A stretch of DNA of 64,000 nucleotides, from positions 352,001 through 416,000 of the forward strand of contig CAVRVY010000004.1 of assembly GCA_963724765.1 (NCBI GenBank), given 5' to 3'. Shown here in pieces: positions 10,688 to 23,162 of the stretch. Positions within the stretch are counted from its first letter, which is position 1; each line of letters starts with the position of its first letter. A model generated the notes under the pieces. The model saw nothing but the letters and a program-made list of their open reading frames with translations, was not told the DNA's origin and ran no database searches. The DNA is from an uncultured delta proteobacterium. Lineage in GTDB: Bacteria > Desulfobacterota > Binatia > Binatales > Binataceae. The position numbers were made by a program, and so were the translations under genes.

Positions 10688-11743
10688 TCAGATCTTGTAG
10701 TCGATGATTGTCACACCGACGTTCTGGAAGTTGGTCATCTCTTCGAGAATCGCCGAGGCGCCGTCCAATCCGACCGTGCCGGTGATCATCGCCTTCGGAT
10801 TGAGCTTTTTGGCCTCGACCATCTGGAGCATCCCGGGATAGCGCGTCGACTGCATCCCGAGCGTGCCGATCATCTGCAGCTCCATCAGCACCATTTTGTC
10901 GATCGGTATCGCGATTTCGCCCTTCTCGGCCTGCGTGGTGAGTCCGATCTGGAGATGGCGTCCCTGCTTGCGCAGACTGTTGATCGAGTTGCGGCAAGTC
11001 GCGGCAACACCCAGCGCGTCGACCGAGACATGCGCGCCGCCCTTGGTGATATCCACGATCGCCGCCGCCGGATCACCGGCCTTGGCATTGACGATATGAC
11101 TCGCGCCGACCTCCTTCGCCAATTCGAGCTTGCGCCCGTCGAGATCGACCGCGATAACGTTGGCGCCGATCGACGACGCAATCTGGATCGCCGCAAGTCC
11201 GATTCCGCCGCAGCCGTGCACCGCGACCCACTCTCCCGGCCGCACCTGCGCGCGGTCGACGATTCCATGGTACGAGGTCATGAAGCGGCAGCCCAGCGAC
11301 GCGCCTTCGAGAAAGCCCACCGCGTCAGGCATGTGCACCAGGTTAAGATCGGCGAACGGGATACCGACATACGAGCCGTAGCCGCCATGGTAGGTGACGC
11401 CGGGGATGAGCGGGGTGTTGCAGATGTTGGAGTTGCCGCTGCGGCACAGCTCGCAGGTGCCGTCGCCCTGGCTGAACGGGACCAGTACGCGGTCGCCCTT
11501 CTTGAAGTCCTTGACCTCTTTGCCGGTTTCCTGAACCACGCCGCAGAACTCGTGCCCCATGATCATCGGCATCGTCGGTGTAAGTCCGACCCACGTCCAA
11601 TCGCCCGACCACAGATGCCAGTCGGAGCGGCAGATGCCCTCCGCGGCGGTCTTGATAATCGCGCCATTGGGAGGACACTGCGGATCGGGCATGTCCCTGA
11701 CGACCAGTGGCTTGCGAACGCCTTCCATTACGGCAGCTTTCAT
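10688..11743 (-). CDS. Zinc-dependent alcohol dehydrogenase
   Basis: GICRSDWH, GHEFCG, structural Zn site, GCGGIG; AAGGAGG RBS before ATG 11743. Confidence 0.93.
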   Translation of the reverse strand: MKAAVMEGVRKPLVVRDMPDPQCPPNGAIIKTAAEGICRSDWHLWSGDWTWVGLTPTMPMIMGHEFCGVVQETGKEVKDFKKGDRVLVPFSQGDGTCELCRSGNSNICNTPLIPGVTYHGGYGSYVGIPFADLNLVHMPDAVGFLEGASLGCRFMTSYHGIVDRAQVRPGEWVAVHGCGGIGLAAIQIASSIGANVIAVDLDGRKLELAKEVGASHIVNAKAGDPAAAIVDITKGGAHVSVDALGVAATCRNSINSLRKQGRHLQIGLTTQAEKGEIAIPIDKMVLMELQMIGTLGMQSTRYPGMLQMVEAKKLNPKAMITGTVGLDGASAILEEMTNFQNVGVTIIDYKI

Positions 11744-11824
11744 TGTGTCCTCCTTGAAGCGGATTCGACGTGTGGTCAACCTTCCGTATAGCGCCGCGCC
11801 TCGTGACTCGCAAACTGTTTCGGA

Positions 11825-12823
11825 TCACGCCGCCAGAGCCGCGAGCGTGCCCCGGTAGCCGGCGAGGTCGGCTGCGTCGACCTCCACGTGATGCAGGTCG
11901 GCGCCCGCCTCGGCTTCGGCCGCCAGCCGCTCGCGCGCTCCAGCTACATCGCCGACGTAGCCCATTTCGTCCAGCAGCCGGCGCGAAACAGCTTCGGTCC
12001 CGGCTTTCGAGCCGCCTGCCGCCCACGCCTCGCGAATCCTGCGCACGTCGTCGCCGAAACCGAAGCGCGTGAGCTGCTCTGCATAAAAGGTGCCCATCCG
12101 CGCCGTGTAAAACGACAGCATGCCGGCCTGGATTGCGCGCGCGCGATCGGGATTGCTGGTCACATGAATCGTGCTCGGAGACTTGACCGCGACGGATTTG
12201 GGATCGCGCCCGGCGCCCTTCGCCACGGCACGAAAATCCGCGATCGAATCCTTGAGCCGCCCGAGCGGAATCATCACGGGCAGCCATCCGTCGGCCTTTT
12301 GCGCGGTGAACTCGACGCTCTTTTTGTTGAGCGACGCGATCCAGATCGGGATGTGCTTGCGCGGCGGCTCGAAGCGCAACGTGAACCCGCGCTTGAGTTT
12401 GAACAGCTTGCCGTCATAATTGAGCGGCTGCCCGGCCATCAGCAGGTTGATGATGTCGACGTACTCGCGCATCCGGCTAAGCGGCGGATCGAACGTGACT
12501 CCGTGGAAGTGCTCGATCACCTGCGGTCCGCTGGTGCCGAGACCAATGATCATGCGAGCACCGCTCAGTTCGTCGAGCGTCGCGAAATGCTGCGCCAGCG
12601 CGCCCGGCGTCCGCGAATAAGTGTTGACGATCCCGGTCGCCAGCCGGATGCGCGTGGTGTGCTCGGCGAGCAGCGTGAGCATGGTAAAGGCGTCGCGGCC
12701 CCACGCCTCGGCGACCCAGATCGAATGCGCGCCCGCCTCGTCGGCAGCCCTGGCGCGCTCGATCAGTCCCTTGAAGTCCGGCTTGCCCTGCCAGTTGATG
12801 CTGAGTGCAATGTTGAAGGCCAT
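11825..12823 (-). CDS. LLM-class flavin/F420-dependent oxidoreductase
   Basis: WVAEAWGRDAF, RTPGALAQHFATLDELSGAR, GLGTSGPQVIE. Confidence 0.9.
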   Translation of the reverse strand: MAFNIALSINWQGKPDFKGLIERARAADEAGAHSIWVAEAWGRDAFTMLTLLAEHTTRIRLATGIVNTYSRTPGALAQHFATLDELSGARMIIGLGTSGPQVIEHFHGVTFDPPLSRMREYVDIINLLMAGQPLNYDGKLFKLKRGFTLRFEPPRKHIPIWIASLNKKSVEFTAQKADGWLPVMIPLGRLKDSIADFRAVAKGAGRDPKSVAVKSPSTIHVTSNPDRARAIQAGMLSFYTARMGTFYAEQLTRFGFGDDVRRIREAWAAGGSKAGTEAVSRRLLDEMGYVGDVAGARERLAAEAEAGADLHHVEVDAADLAGYRGTLAALAA

Positions 12824-12988
12824 CTTTTCACTAACTCCCGCTGCGATTGCGGCTTCTTCTTGTAGCGCCACGTTAATCGGCAGGCAAACCCACCCGCTTC
12901 GCACACTTTTAGCGGGCGTCCATACCGGGTAAACTGACGGGTGTGGGGATGGGCGGAGCGGCTTCCAAGCCGCGTCTGATCATAAGTA

Positions 12989-13813
12989 TTGGCAGATCTT
13001 GGTAGGTCTCGCGTGTCGACCGACAACGAAGCTGAAAACAAATCTCCGGCTGCGGGCAACATCGCCGGCGACGGCGACAAGCTCGCCGGGCGCAGGGTCG
13101 TAGTCGATTTCAACCTGCTGCGCCGCTATGGCGGGCGCAACTTCCGCGACCTCGGGGGCCATCCCACTAGCGAGGGCAAGCGCGTCCGGAGCACCATGAT
13201 CTTCCGCTCCGCGCACCTGGCCGAGGTTCCCGAGGAAAGCCCGATAAGGTCGGCGGGGCTCCGCACCGTAGTCACGCTGCAGAGCCGCACCGAGATTTCG
13301 ATCCTCGGTCCGCCGCACGCCGACGTGCTGCGCGAGGTGCGATGGGAGCACATCCCGATCGGCGATCGATGGTTTCGCGAGCGCGAGCCGATTAGCCTGA
13401 TACCCGGCCGTGAGCATCACTCGATCCTTCACGACTTTCGCGAGGACTGGCGCACTTTCTTCAACATCCTGGCCGAGCGCGACGTCTATCCACTACTGTT
13501 CCATTGCTCAGCTGGGCGCGACCGCACGGGCGTGGGCGCGGCGATGCTGCTCGAGTTGCTGGGCGTGAGCCGCGAGCGGATCGTCGCCGATTTCCTCGAG
13601 AGCAACGTGGTATTTCCCAAAATGCCGCTGGCGGCGGCGCAACTCGAGCCGGTGTTCGAACTGATCGACGAGTCCGGCGGCGTCGAGGCCTTCATGATCG
13701 AGGGTATCGGCCTGGACCGCGCCGACCTGGCAGCGATTCGCGAAGACCTTCTTGAAGACCTGCTCGAAGATCCAGCGGCGTCCGACGACACGTCCGAAGG
13801 CGACGACGAATAA
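12989..13813 (+). CDS. Tyrosine-protein phosphatase (IphP/PtpB-like)
   Basis: NFRDLGG and intact HCSAGRDRTG P-loop; start uncertain (GTG 13013 possible). Confidence 0.9.
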   Translation: MADLGRSRVSTDNEAENKSPAAGNIAGDGDKLAGRRVVVDFNLLRRYGGRNFRDLGGHPTSEGKRVRSTMIFRSAHLAEVPEESPIRSAGLRTVVTLQSRTEISILGPPHADVLREVRWEHIPIGDRWFREREPISLIPGREHHSILHDFREDWRTFFNILAERDVYPLLFHCSAGRDRTGVGAAMLLELLGVSRERIVADFLESNVVFPKMPLAAAQLEPVFELIDESGGVEAFMIEGIGLDRADLAAIREDLLEDLLEDPAASDDTSEGDDE

Positions 13814-13842
13814 TTAGTGCGCGACGCGCCGGCCGCGGGCGT

Positions 13843-14601
13843 CTACCTGCCCTTCCATTGCGGCGCGCGCTTTTCGGCGAATGCGAGCGCGCCCTCGCGT
13901 GCATCCTCGGTATCCTGCAGCCCTTTGTATAGCTCGCGCTCGAGCTTGAGCCCGTCGCCCAGCGGCAGGTCGAGCCCGCGCAACGCTGCCTGCTTGATTT
14001 GCTGCACTCCGAGCGGCGCGCTTTTGCAGATCTCGGCTGCGATTTCCTCGCACTTGGTCATCAACCGGCTCATCGGCACCACGTGGTCGACCAGCCCCAG
14101 GCGCAGCGCCTCCTCGGCGCCGATCCGATTGCCGGTATACAGCATCTCCAGCGCGCGGCCGAGCGGAATCAGCCGCGGCAGGCGCTGCGTGCCGCCGCCC
14201 CCCGGAAGCCATCCCAGACGGACCTCACCGAGGCCGAACTGCGCGTGATCCGCGGCCACCCGGATATCGCAGCAGAGCGCCTGTTCCAGGCCGCCGCCAT
14301 TGGCGTGGCCGTTGATCGCCGCGATGATCGGCTTGGTCAGCTCGAACATCACCGGATACGGCGCGTCGAGCAATTCCTCGTTGGGCTTCTCGACGTAGTT
14401 GGACTTGATATCGCTGCCGGCGCAAAATGCGCGCTCGCCCGCGCCGGTGAAGATCGCGACGCGCAGAGCGGGGTCTTTGCCGAACTCGCGCCAGATTTGC
14501 GAAAGGCGCCCGTAGGTCTCGAAGTCGCAGGCGTTAAGCCGCTCGGGGCGGTTAATCGTGACATAGGCGACCGGTCCCTTCTTTTCGAATAGCACTTTCA
14601 T
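13843..14601 (-). CDS. Enoyl-CoA hydratase/isomerase
   Basis: AFCAGSDI, GGGLE, GEVRLG...GGTQRLPRLI. Confidence 0.93.
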   Translation of the reverse strand: MKVLFEKKGPVAYVTINRPERLNACDFETYGRLSQIWREFGKDPALRVAIFTGAGERAFCAGSDIKSNYVEKPNEELLDAPYPVMFELTKPIIAAINGHANGGGLEQALCCDIRVAADHAQFGLGEVRLGWLPGGGGTQRLPRLIPLGRALEMLYTGNRIGAEEALRLGLVDHVVPMSRLMTKCEEIAAEICKSAPLGVQQIKQAALRGLDLPLGDGLKLERELYKGLQDTEDAREGALAFAEKRAPQWKGR

Positions 14602-14670
14602 CGGAGAATCCTCCCTGCTCTCTCTCTTTAGCACCAGTTGCGATTTTTGCGATCACGCGCGCGGCGCGCC

Positions 14671-14705
14671 AGAAATACAAAGGGCCGCTCGCGAGCGGCC
14701 CCTAC
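14671..14705 (-). terminator. Intrinsic terminator-like hairpin / GTAG-type REP-like element
   Basis: Minus strand GTAG-GGGCCGCTC-GC-GAGCGGCCC-TTTGTATTTCT just downstream of the acyl-CoA dehydrogenase stop. Confidence 0.55.
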
Positions 14706-14729
14706 AACTGACACGAAGACAGGAAACTC

Positions 14730-15887
14730 CTAGGCGGGCAGATAGCCGTCGCGCAAGAGTGATTTCGCGATGATCATCCGCTGCACTTCGCTGGTACCTT
14801 CGCCGATTTCGGCCAGCTTCGCATCACGCATGAACCGCTCGACCGGAAACTCCGCCATGTAGCCGTAGCCGCCGTGGATCTGCACCGCCTTGATCGTCGT
14901 CCACATAGCCGTCTCCGAGGCGAACAGCTTCGCCATCGCGGCCTCACGCCCGAATGGCTTGCCCTGATCCCTCAGCCCCGCGGCGCGGCACATCAGCACC
15001 CACGACGCGTTGATACGCGTCGCCATGTCGGCCAGCATCCATTGGATCGCCTGGAAATCCGCGATCCGCTTGCCGAACTGCTTGCGCTCCTTGGCGTAGG
15101 CGGTAGCCTCTTCGAACGCGCCGCGCGCGATTCCAGCGGCGAAGCCTGCGATCCCGATCCGGCCGCCCTCCAGCACCTTGAGCGTCTGGCTATAGCCCTC
15201 GCCCAGTTCGCCGATAAGGTTGCGCGCCGGCACCGTGACGTTGTCGAAAATCACCTCGGCGGTATCCGAGGCGCGAAGCCCCAGTTTTTCGATTCGCCGC
15301 CCGTTGGACAGGCCGGACGTGCCGCGCTCGACGATGAAGGCTGAAACTCCCGAGCGGTTCTTCGCCGCGTCCGTCACCGCCATCACGACGTAAACGTCGC
15401 CAACCGTGCCGTTGGTGATGAACATCTTGGCGCCGTTGATGACGAAGTTGTCGCCCTTGCGCACCGCCCGGGTCTGCATCGCGGCCGCATCGGAGCCCGA
15501 GCCGGGTTCGGTGAGACACCATGCGCCGAGCTTTTTCGCCGCGACCATCTCGGGCAGGTAGTGCGCGCGATGCTCCTCGGCGGCGAACAAATTGATGTGG
15601 CCGCTTGAGAGCGACATGTGCGCCGCGCAGGTGAGCCCGACTGACGCGTCGTAGCGGGACAGTCCCTCGACCACCAGCGCCTGGCTGAGCGTGTCTGCGG
15701 CGCCGCCGCCGAAGCGCTCGGGAAAGGAGATGCCGAGGAAACCCAACTCGCCGAGGTGGCCAATCACCTCGCGCGGGAAAATTTCCTCTTTGTCCCACTT
15801 GGCCGAGTGCGGCTTGATCTCGCGCTCGGCAAACTGGCGCAGCGTCTCGCGAATGGTGCGCTGCTCGTCGCTAAGCTCGAAGTTCAT
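14730..15887 (-). CDS. Acyl-CoA dehydrogenase (short/branched chain type)
   Basis: [39 protein letters not shown]. Confidence 0.94.
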   Translation of the reverse strand: MNFELSDEQRTIRETLRQFAEREIKPHSAKWDKEEIFPREVIGHLGELGFLGISFPERFGGGAADTLSQALVVEGLSRYDASVGLTCAAHMSLSSGHINLFAAEEHRAHYLPEMVAAKKLGAWCLTEPGSGSDAAAMQTRAVRKGDNFVINGAKMFITNGTVGDVYVVMAVTDAAKNRSGVSAFIVERGTSGLSNGRRIEKLGLRASDTAEVIFDNVTVPARNLIGELGEGYSQTLKVLEGGRIGIAGFAAGIARGAFEEATAYAKERKQFGKRIADFQAIQWMLADMATRINASWVLMCRAAGLRDQGKPFGREAAMAKLFASETAMWTTIKAVQIHGGYGYMAEFPVERFMRDAKLAEIGEGTSEVQRMIIAKSLLRDGYLPA

Positions 15888-15924
15888 CGCAGGAGTTTCA
15901 CCGTCGCTCGCTGGACTCGCGCAG

Positions 15925-16329
15925 TCATTCGCGCGGCCACACGCTCTCGCGCAGCCACTTGACGATGTCCTCGGTCGAGGCGCCGGGGGTGAAGACTTCC
16001 TTGACACCCGACTCGCGCAACTTCCTGGCGTCGTCCTCGGGAATGATTCCGCCGCCGAAGACCGCGATATCGGCGGCGCCGCGCTCCTTCAAGAGCCGCA
16101 TCACTTCCGGGAACAGCGTCATGTGCGCGCCCGACAGGATGCTGAGCCCGACCGCGTCAACGTCCTCCTGCACTGCGGCCTCGGCGATCATCTCGGGCGT
16201 CTGATGCAACCCCGTGTAGATCACCTCGAAGCCGGCGTCGCGCAGGGCGCGTGCGATTATCTTGGCACCGCGGTCATGTCCGTCGAGCCCGGGCTTCGCC
16301 ACCAGAATTCTGAGCCGTTTCTCCGCCAC
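15925..16329 (-). CDS. icmB: Cobalamin-binding small subunit of acyl-CoA mutase
   Basis: [10 protein letters not shown] (DxHxxG), [15 protein letters not shown]; adjacent to the large subunit. Confidence 0.85.
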   Translation of the reverse strand: MAEKRLRILVAKPGLDGHDRGAKIIARALRDAGFEVIYTGLHQTPEMIAEAAVQEDVDAVGLSILSGAHMTLFPEVMRLLKERGAADIAVFGGGIIPEDDARKLRESGVKEVFTPGASTEDIVKWLRESVWPRE

Positions 16330-16330
16330 G

Positions 16331-17968
<1,638 letters not shown>

Positions 17969-17975
17969 GCCTGTT

Positions 17976-19121
17976 TCACCGGTCCTCAAGTACGTGGCTC
18001 GAGATTATCAGCCGTTGAATTTCCGAAGTGCCTTCGTAAATCTCCGTGATCTTGGCGTCACGGAAGTAACGTTCGACCTTGAATTCCTTGGTATAGCCGT
18101 AGCCGCCGTGAACCTGGATTGCCTCGGTCGCCGCCTTCATCGCGGTCTCGGCTGCAAAAAGCTTTGCCATCGCGGATTGCGTCGTGCAAGGCTGGCCGGC
18201 GTCCTTGAGGGTGGCCGCGCGATGCGTCAGCAGGCGCGCCGCGTCGATCTCGACCGCCATGTCCGCGAGCTTCCACTGGATCGCCTGGTAGTTCGCGATC
18301 GGCTTGCCGAAGCTCTTGCGTTCCTGCGAGTAGCGCAACGACGCCTCGAGCGACGCGCGCGCGATGCCGATCGCCTGCGAGGCGATTCCGATCCGTCCGC
18401 CGTCGAGCGTCTTCATCGCGACCTTGAAGCCGTCGCCCTCTTTGCCAATCAGGTTGGTGGCCGGCACGCGCAGATCGCTGAAGGCGAGTTGCGCGCTATG
18501 CGAGCCGCGGATTCCCATTTTCTCTTCGATTCGCACGACCTGGTAGCCGGGATCCGAGGTCTCGGCGATAAAGGCGCTGATGCCGCGATGGCCTTGCGTG
18601 GGATCGGTGTTGGCGAAAACGATCGCTACCCCGGCCTCGGGTCCGTTGGTGATGAAATTCTTGGTCCCGTTGATGACGTAGCTGTCGCCGTCGCGCACGG
18701 CGCGCGTGCGCTGGCCGGCGGCGTCGGAACCGGCCTGCGGCTCGGTCAGCGCGAAGCATCCGATCCATTCAGCCGCCGCCATTTTCGGCAGGTAGCGCTT
18801 GCGCTGATCCTCGTTGCCAAGGCCGAGAATCGGCCATGAAGCGAGCGAGGAATGCGCCGAAAGAATCACCGCCGTGGACGAGCATTCGACCCCGAGTTCC
18901 TCGATCACCAGCGAATAGCTGACGTGATCCAAACCCGCGCCGCCGTACTGCTCGGGGATGAAGATGCCCATCATGCCGAGCCGCCCCAGTTCAGCGATGG
19001 TCTCGGCGGGAAAGCTATGGTTGCGGTCGACTTCAACGCCGACCGTGCTCAGGCGCTCGCGCGCGAAGCGGCGCGCTGTGTCACGCGCCGCGCGCTGGGC
19101 CTCGCTAAGTTCCAGGTCCAT
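17976..19121 (-). CDS. Acyl-CoA (butyryl-CoA) dehydrogenase
   Basis: [41 protein letters not shown]. Confidence 0.94.
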   Translation of the reverse strand: MDLELSEAQRAARDTARRFARERLSTVGVEVDRNHSFPAETIAELGRLGMMGIFIPEQYGGAGLDHVSYSLVIEELGVECSSTAVILSAHSSLASWPILGLGNEDQRKRYLPKMAAAEWIGCFALTEPQAGSDAAGQRTRAVRDGDSYVINGTKNFITNGPEAGVAIVFANTDPTQGHRGISAFIAETSDPGYQVVRIEEKMGIRGSHSAQLAFSDLRVPATNLIGKEGDGFKVAMKTLDGGRIGIASQAIGIARASLEASLRYSQERKSFGKPIANYQAIQWKLADMAVEIDAARLLTHRAATLKDAGQPCTTQSAMAKLFAAETAMKAATEAIQVHGGYGYTKEFKVERYFRDAKITEIYEGTSEIQRLIISSHVLEDR

Positions 19122-19151
19122 CATTCCAAGTCCATCAATACAGGTCCATCA
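19110..19151 (-). repeat. 14-bp tandem repeat x3 over the start codon, forming two 4-codon uORFs
   Basis: Minus strand TGATGGACCTGTAT / TGATGGACTTGGAA / TGATGGACCTGGAA. Confidence 0.85.
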
Positions 19152-19316
19152 ACTGTCCGCCACTCGCAACTGCCCATACCTCGAAGCGCCACTGGCGACC
19201 GGCCCGGCACCCTCTCGTATCTTAATAGACCGCGCGCCGCGATAGAAACTCGCCGAGCGGGGCGCGATCGGGCGATTGGACCGTTTGGTTTCCTTCATTC
19301 GCAGCTATTTGCGCGG

Positions 19317-20096
<780 letters not shown>

Positions 20097-20186
20097 TAAC
20101 TCTCCTCCTCGCCGTTGGTGCAGCGTCCGGACGCGCATCGGGCGCTTTGGTGGAAGATTTCTAGCAGGCGCGGCGCGTCCACGCGA

Positions 20187-20789
20187 TCATCCGGCCGATG
20201 GCGACGCGCCGAGCTTCTCGCGCACCATCCAGAGCCGGTCGCCGCCCCAGAATATCTCGCCGTCGATCACGAAGGTCGGTACGCCGAATACGCCGATTTC
20301 CTCGGCCTGGCGGCAAATCCGGTCAAGGGTGATACGACCGTCGCCGGCGACAAAGTCAAAGAAGTCCGCGACCGGCGCGCCAGCCTCCGAGAGCACCGAC
20401 CGAACCGCTGCGCGATCCTCTATGTCCAGCGCGCGTTTCCAGAAGCGCTCGAAGACGATGTCGTTGTACTTGCGAAAGACGTCGTGGCGCTGCGCGTAGA
20501 GCATCCCGATCGCGGCAATCGACGAGTCGAAAAGCCTTTGCGGACCGCGCACGGTCAGTCCGCGACGATTGGCGAGGCGGCGCGCATCCATGTAGCTGTA
20601 GCGCACGCGGCGCCACTGATGGGCGTTGCGGCCCTCGACGGTGCCCAGATACTGCGGAATGTCGAGCGTGTAGGGCAGCCATTCGAGCCGCACGTCGAAC
20701 TCGCGCTCCAACTCCCAGGCCGGCTCCTTGGCGAGGTAGGCGTAGGGACTTTTGTAATCGATATAGACGATGACGCTGCGGGCGCCCAT
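20187..20789 (-). CDS. DsbA-fold 2-hydroxychromene-2-carboxylate isomerase / kappa-GST family protein
   Basis: DYKSPYAYL, GVFGVPTF..GEIFWGGDRL. Confidence 0.88.
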   Translation of the reverse strand: MGARSVIVYIDYKSPYAYLAKEPAWELEREFDVRLEWLPYTLDIPQYLGTVEGRNAHQWRRVRYSYMDARRLANRRGLTVRGPQRLFDSSIAAIGMLYAQRHDVFRKYNDIVFERFWKRALDIEDRAAVRSVLSEAGAPVADFFDFVAGDGRITLDRICRQAEEIGVFGVPTFVIDGEIFWGGDRLWMVREKLGASPSAG

Positions 20790-20798
20790 ACGCCGAGC

Positions 20799-23036
20799 TT
20801 AGGGCGGAACACCGGGCCGTGCAACGCGCGCCGCGGCGCTCGCGAGTCCGGCGCGGGTGAACTCCATCACCATCAATGCGGGGACGCCGTTGTCGCTTGA
20901 CTGTTGCGACGGCGAAGGCGCGGAAAGCTTGCGCGGGAAGGGAAAATAGATCCCGGTCGAATCGGCGCCGTACTGCTCGATAAGCGGCTGCAAAGCCTCA
21001 TACGAGCCTTCGACGCCGATCGCCACGCGGCCCGGATGCCATCGTCCGAGAGCCCACTGCACCTGGAACATCCGGTTCGGGTTGAGCGTCGGAAAGGCGG
21101 GGCCGCCAAACCATCGTGGCGCCGCGCTCAGCACCTGCTGCTTGTGTGCGTCGAGCGTCTCCAGGTCCCCGCCACCGACGAGGTATCCTTCAGCGGCGCC
21201 GAGCAACACTTCAAATCGCGCCCGCGCATAGCGCTGCTGCATCTCGAGCGCGGTGACATGGAGATACGGCGCGAACCGCTCGGGCGCAAGCCGGTAGAGC
21301 GTCACACCGCCCACCTCGAGCGGCTGCACACCAAGCGTCGCGAGCAGGTCGCGGAGCGCCGCACGATCCTGCTCGGAGGGCGGAGTATGCATCCAGGTCG
21401 CAGCCGTCGGACGGCCCTGCTCGTTTTTGCTCAGCCAGTATTTCTGTGGACCCACGATTATCGCGGCGACCTGCTCGTGTGCCAGGAGCGCCTTGAGTTG
21501 GTCGCCCGCATCCGGGACGCCGGCGACGTCGTAAAGCGCCGCCATGATCGGCCAGCGTGCGTACTCGGGCGGAGCCAGCGGTGAGATGCCCAGGTATCCG
21601 CCGGCCAGGCGAAAATACATGTTGGTACCCAGTTGCCACTGCATACCGTCGCCATAAATCGGGTTCGGCAGAGTCATCACGGTCTCATCCGGCGTGAGAT
21701 ATTGCCGATAGAGGCCGGTCGAAAAGAAGGGCGGGATATCGAACGGGACTTTCCAGAATCGCGCCGACAGATTAGGCAGCATGAACGGCACCAGCGCCGC
21801 GCCCAATACCCATTTATGCGACGGGCGAACGCCGGCCGAAGCGAGCCACAGCGCGACGATTATCGCTAGCGCGAGAAACGCATACGCCATCATGCGGATC
21901 GGCACTATCTTGTTGAGCAGCGGAAACTGCAGAAGCAACGTCCACGGTGCGGCGATCGTCTGATGACCGGCGATCACTACGCGCGAACCCAAAGCTAGCA
22001 CGCAGAAGATGAGGAGCAGTTCAATCAGAATCCGCCCCATCGGCTCGCGAAACCGCGCCCTCGCGAACAAAACGGCAATCGCGATCAACGGCAACGCGAG
22101 ATAGGAAGTGGTCTCCGCCAGAGTCGCCAGGTAGGTGCTCGAAATTACGCCCGCGAACGCCGGCCGTCCCAGCTCGTTGACTGCGGTAGGGATCAGAAAA
22201 CTTACCAGGTCAGCCCCAAGCAGCGTCGGATCGAGCACCGATCCTCCCGAATGGCCAAAGGCGAACATGTGGTACAGGTATGGAGAAAGAATAATCGCGG
22301 CGATCGCGTAGGCCGCGCCAACTTGCAGCACGAGCCCCCACAAGCGGCGGCGCACATTGGCGTCGGTGAACGCGAGCGCCAGTGCGAAGACGATCGCGCC
22401 GGCAAGTGTCGCGCTCGCGGCCACTTCGGCAAAGAACAGGAATTGCGCAGCGATCAAAATAGCCAGCCCTGCCACGAAGCGGCCGAGCGCGATTTCACCA
22501 TGCAGCCGGCGCAGCACCAGCCACGCCGCCAACGGAACCGGGAACACCAGCGCAACGTCGAGATGCGTGAGCAACGCGGAGATGATGTACGAGGAAAAAC
22601 CGAACACCCATCCGCCGGCGATCGACGGCCAGTAGCTGTGCGTGATCCAGCGGCACAGAACAAATGCAGCCCATCCCGCGAGCGCCGGTGCGAGCAGGCA
22701 AAGAATGTTGTAGGCAACGACGGGGCCTAACGACCAGGTGACGGGCAGAGCCGCCATTGCGGCCAGTGGTACGATAGTCGCCCAGGCGAGACTAGCGCCC
22801 ACCGGCGCAAACAGGAGTTTTGTCGCGAAAGGGTTTATGCAATGCGTGATAGCGTATGCCCACCACGCCAGAAACCAGATCAACTGGGGTGAGTCGGGGC
22901 CACGGCCGATATACCAGGTCGAGAAATGACCGACCAATCCTCGGCCGAAGAACAGAAAGGAAAGTACTGAATAGAAAAGAAACGCACCGAGCGCCTCGCG
23001 GTCGAGCGCACGCGAATTCGGATTGACGTCAGCCAT
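20799..23036 (-). CDS. Large polytopic membrane protein, GT-C glycosyltransferase-like
   Basis: Many TM helices; GPDSPQLIWFLAWW..NPF first loop with conserved Asp; C-terminal soluble domain (MQWQ..F.LAGGY). Confidence 0.6.
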   Translation of the reverse strand: MADVNPNSRALDREALGAFLFYSVLSFLFFGRGLVGHFSTWYIGRGPDSPQLIWFLAWWAYAITHCINPFATKLLFAPVGASLAWATIVPLAAMAALPVTWSLGPVVAYNILCLLAPALAGWAAFVLCRWITHSYWPSIAGGWVFGFSSYIISALLTHLDVALVFPVPLAAWLVLRRLHGEIALGRFVAGLAILIAAQFLFFAEVAASATLAGAIVFALALAFTDANVRRRLWGLVLQVGAAYAIAAIILSPYLYHMFAFGHSGGSVLDPTLLGADLVSFLIPTAVNELGRPAFAGVISSTYLATLAETTSYLALPLIAIAVLFARARFREPMGRILIELLLIFCVLALGSRVVIAGHQTIAAPWTLLLQFPLLNKIVPIRMMAYAFLALAIIVALWLASAGVRPSHKWVLGAALVPFMLPNLSARFWKVPFDIPPFFSTGLYRQYLTPDETVMTLPNPIYGDGMQWQLGTNMYFRLAGGYLGISPLAPPEYARWPIMAALYDVAGVPDAGDQLKALLAHEQVAAIIVGPQKYWLSKNEQGRPTAATWMHTPPSEQDRAALRDLLATLGVQPLEVGGVTLYRLAPERFAPYLHVTALEMQQRYARARFEVLLGAAEGYLVGGGDLETLDAHKQQVLSAAPRWFGGPAFPTLNPNRMFQVQWALGRWHPGRVAIGVEGSYEALQPLIEQYGADSTGIYFPFPRKLSAPSPSQQSSDNGVPALMVMEFTRAGLASAAARVARPGVPP

Positions 23037-23162
23037 CCGACTTCCGGCAGCCGGCCGCAACAGAGGCCGTTAAACTTTTCGAGGGCAGATCCGATTCGAA
23101 ACCGGCGCGCACGTTTTGATATGTGACAAGAGCGTGCAGACCTGACATGCAAGCACGGGCAC

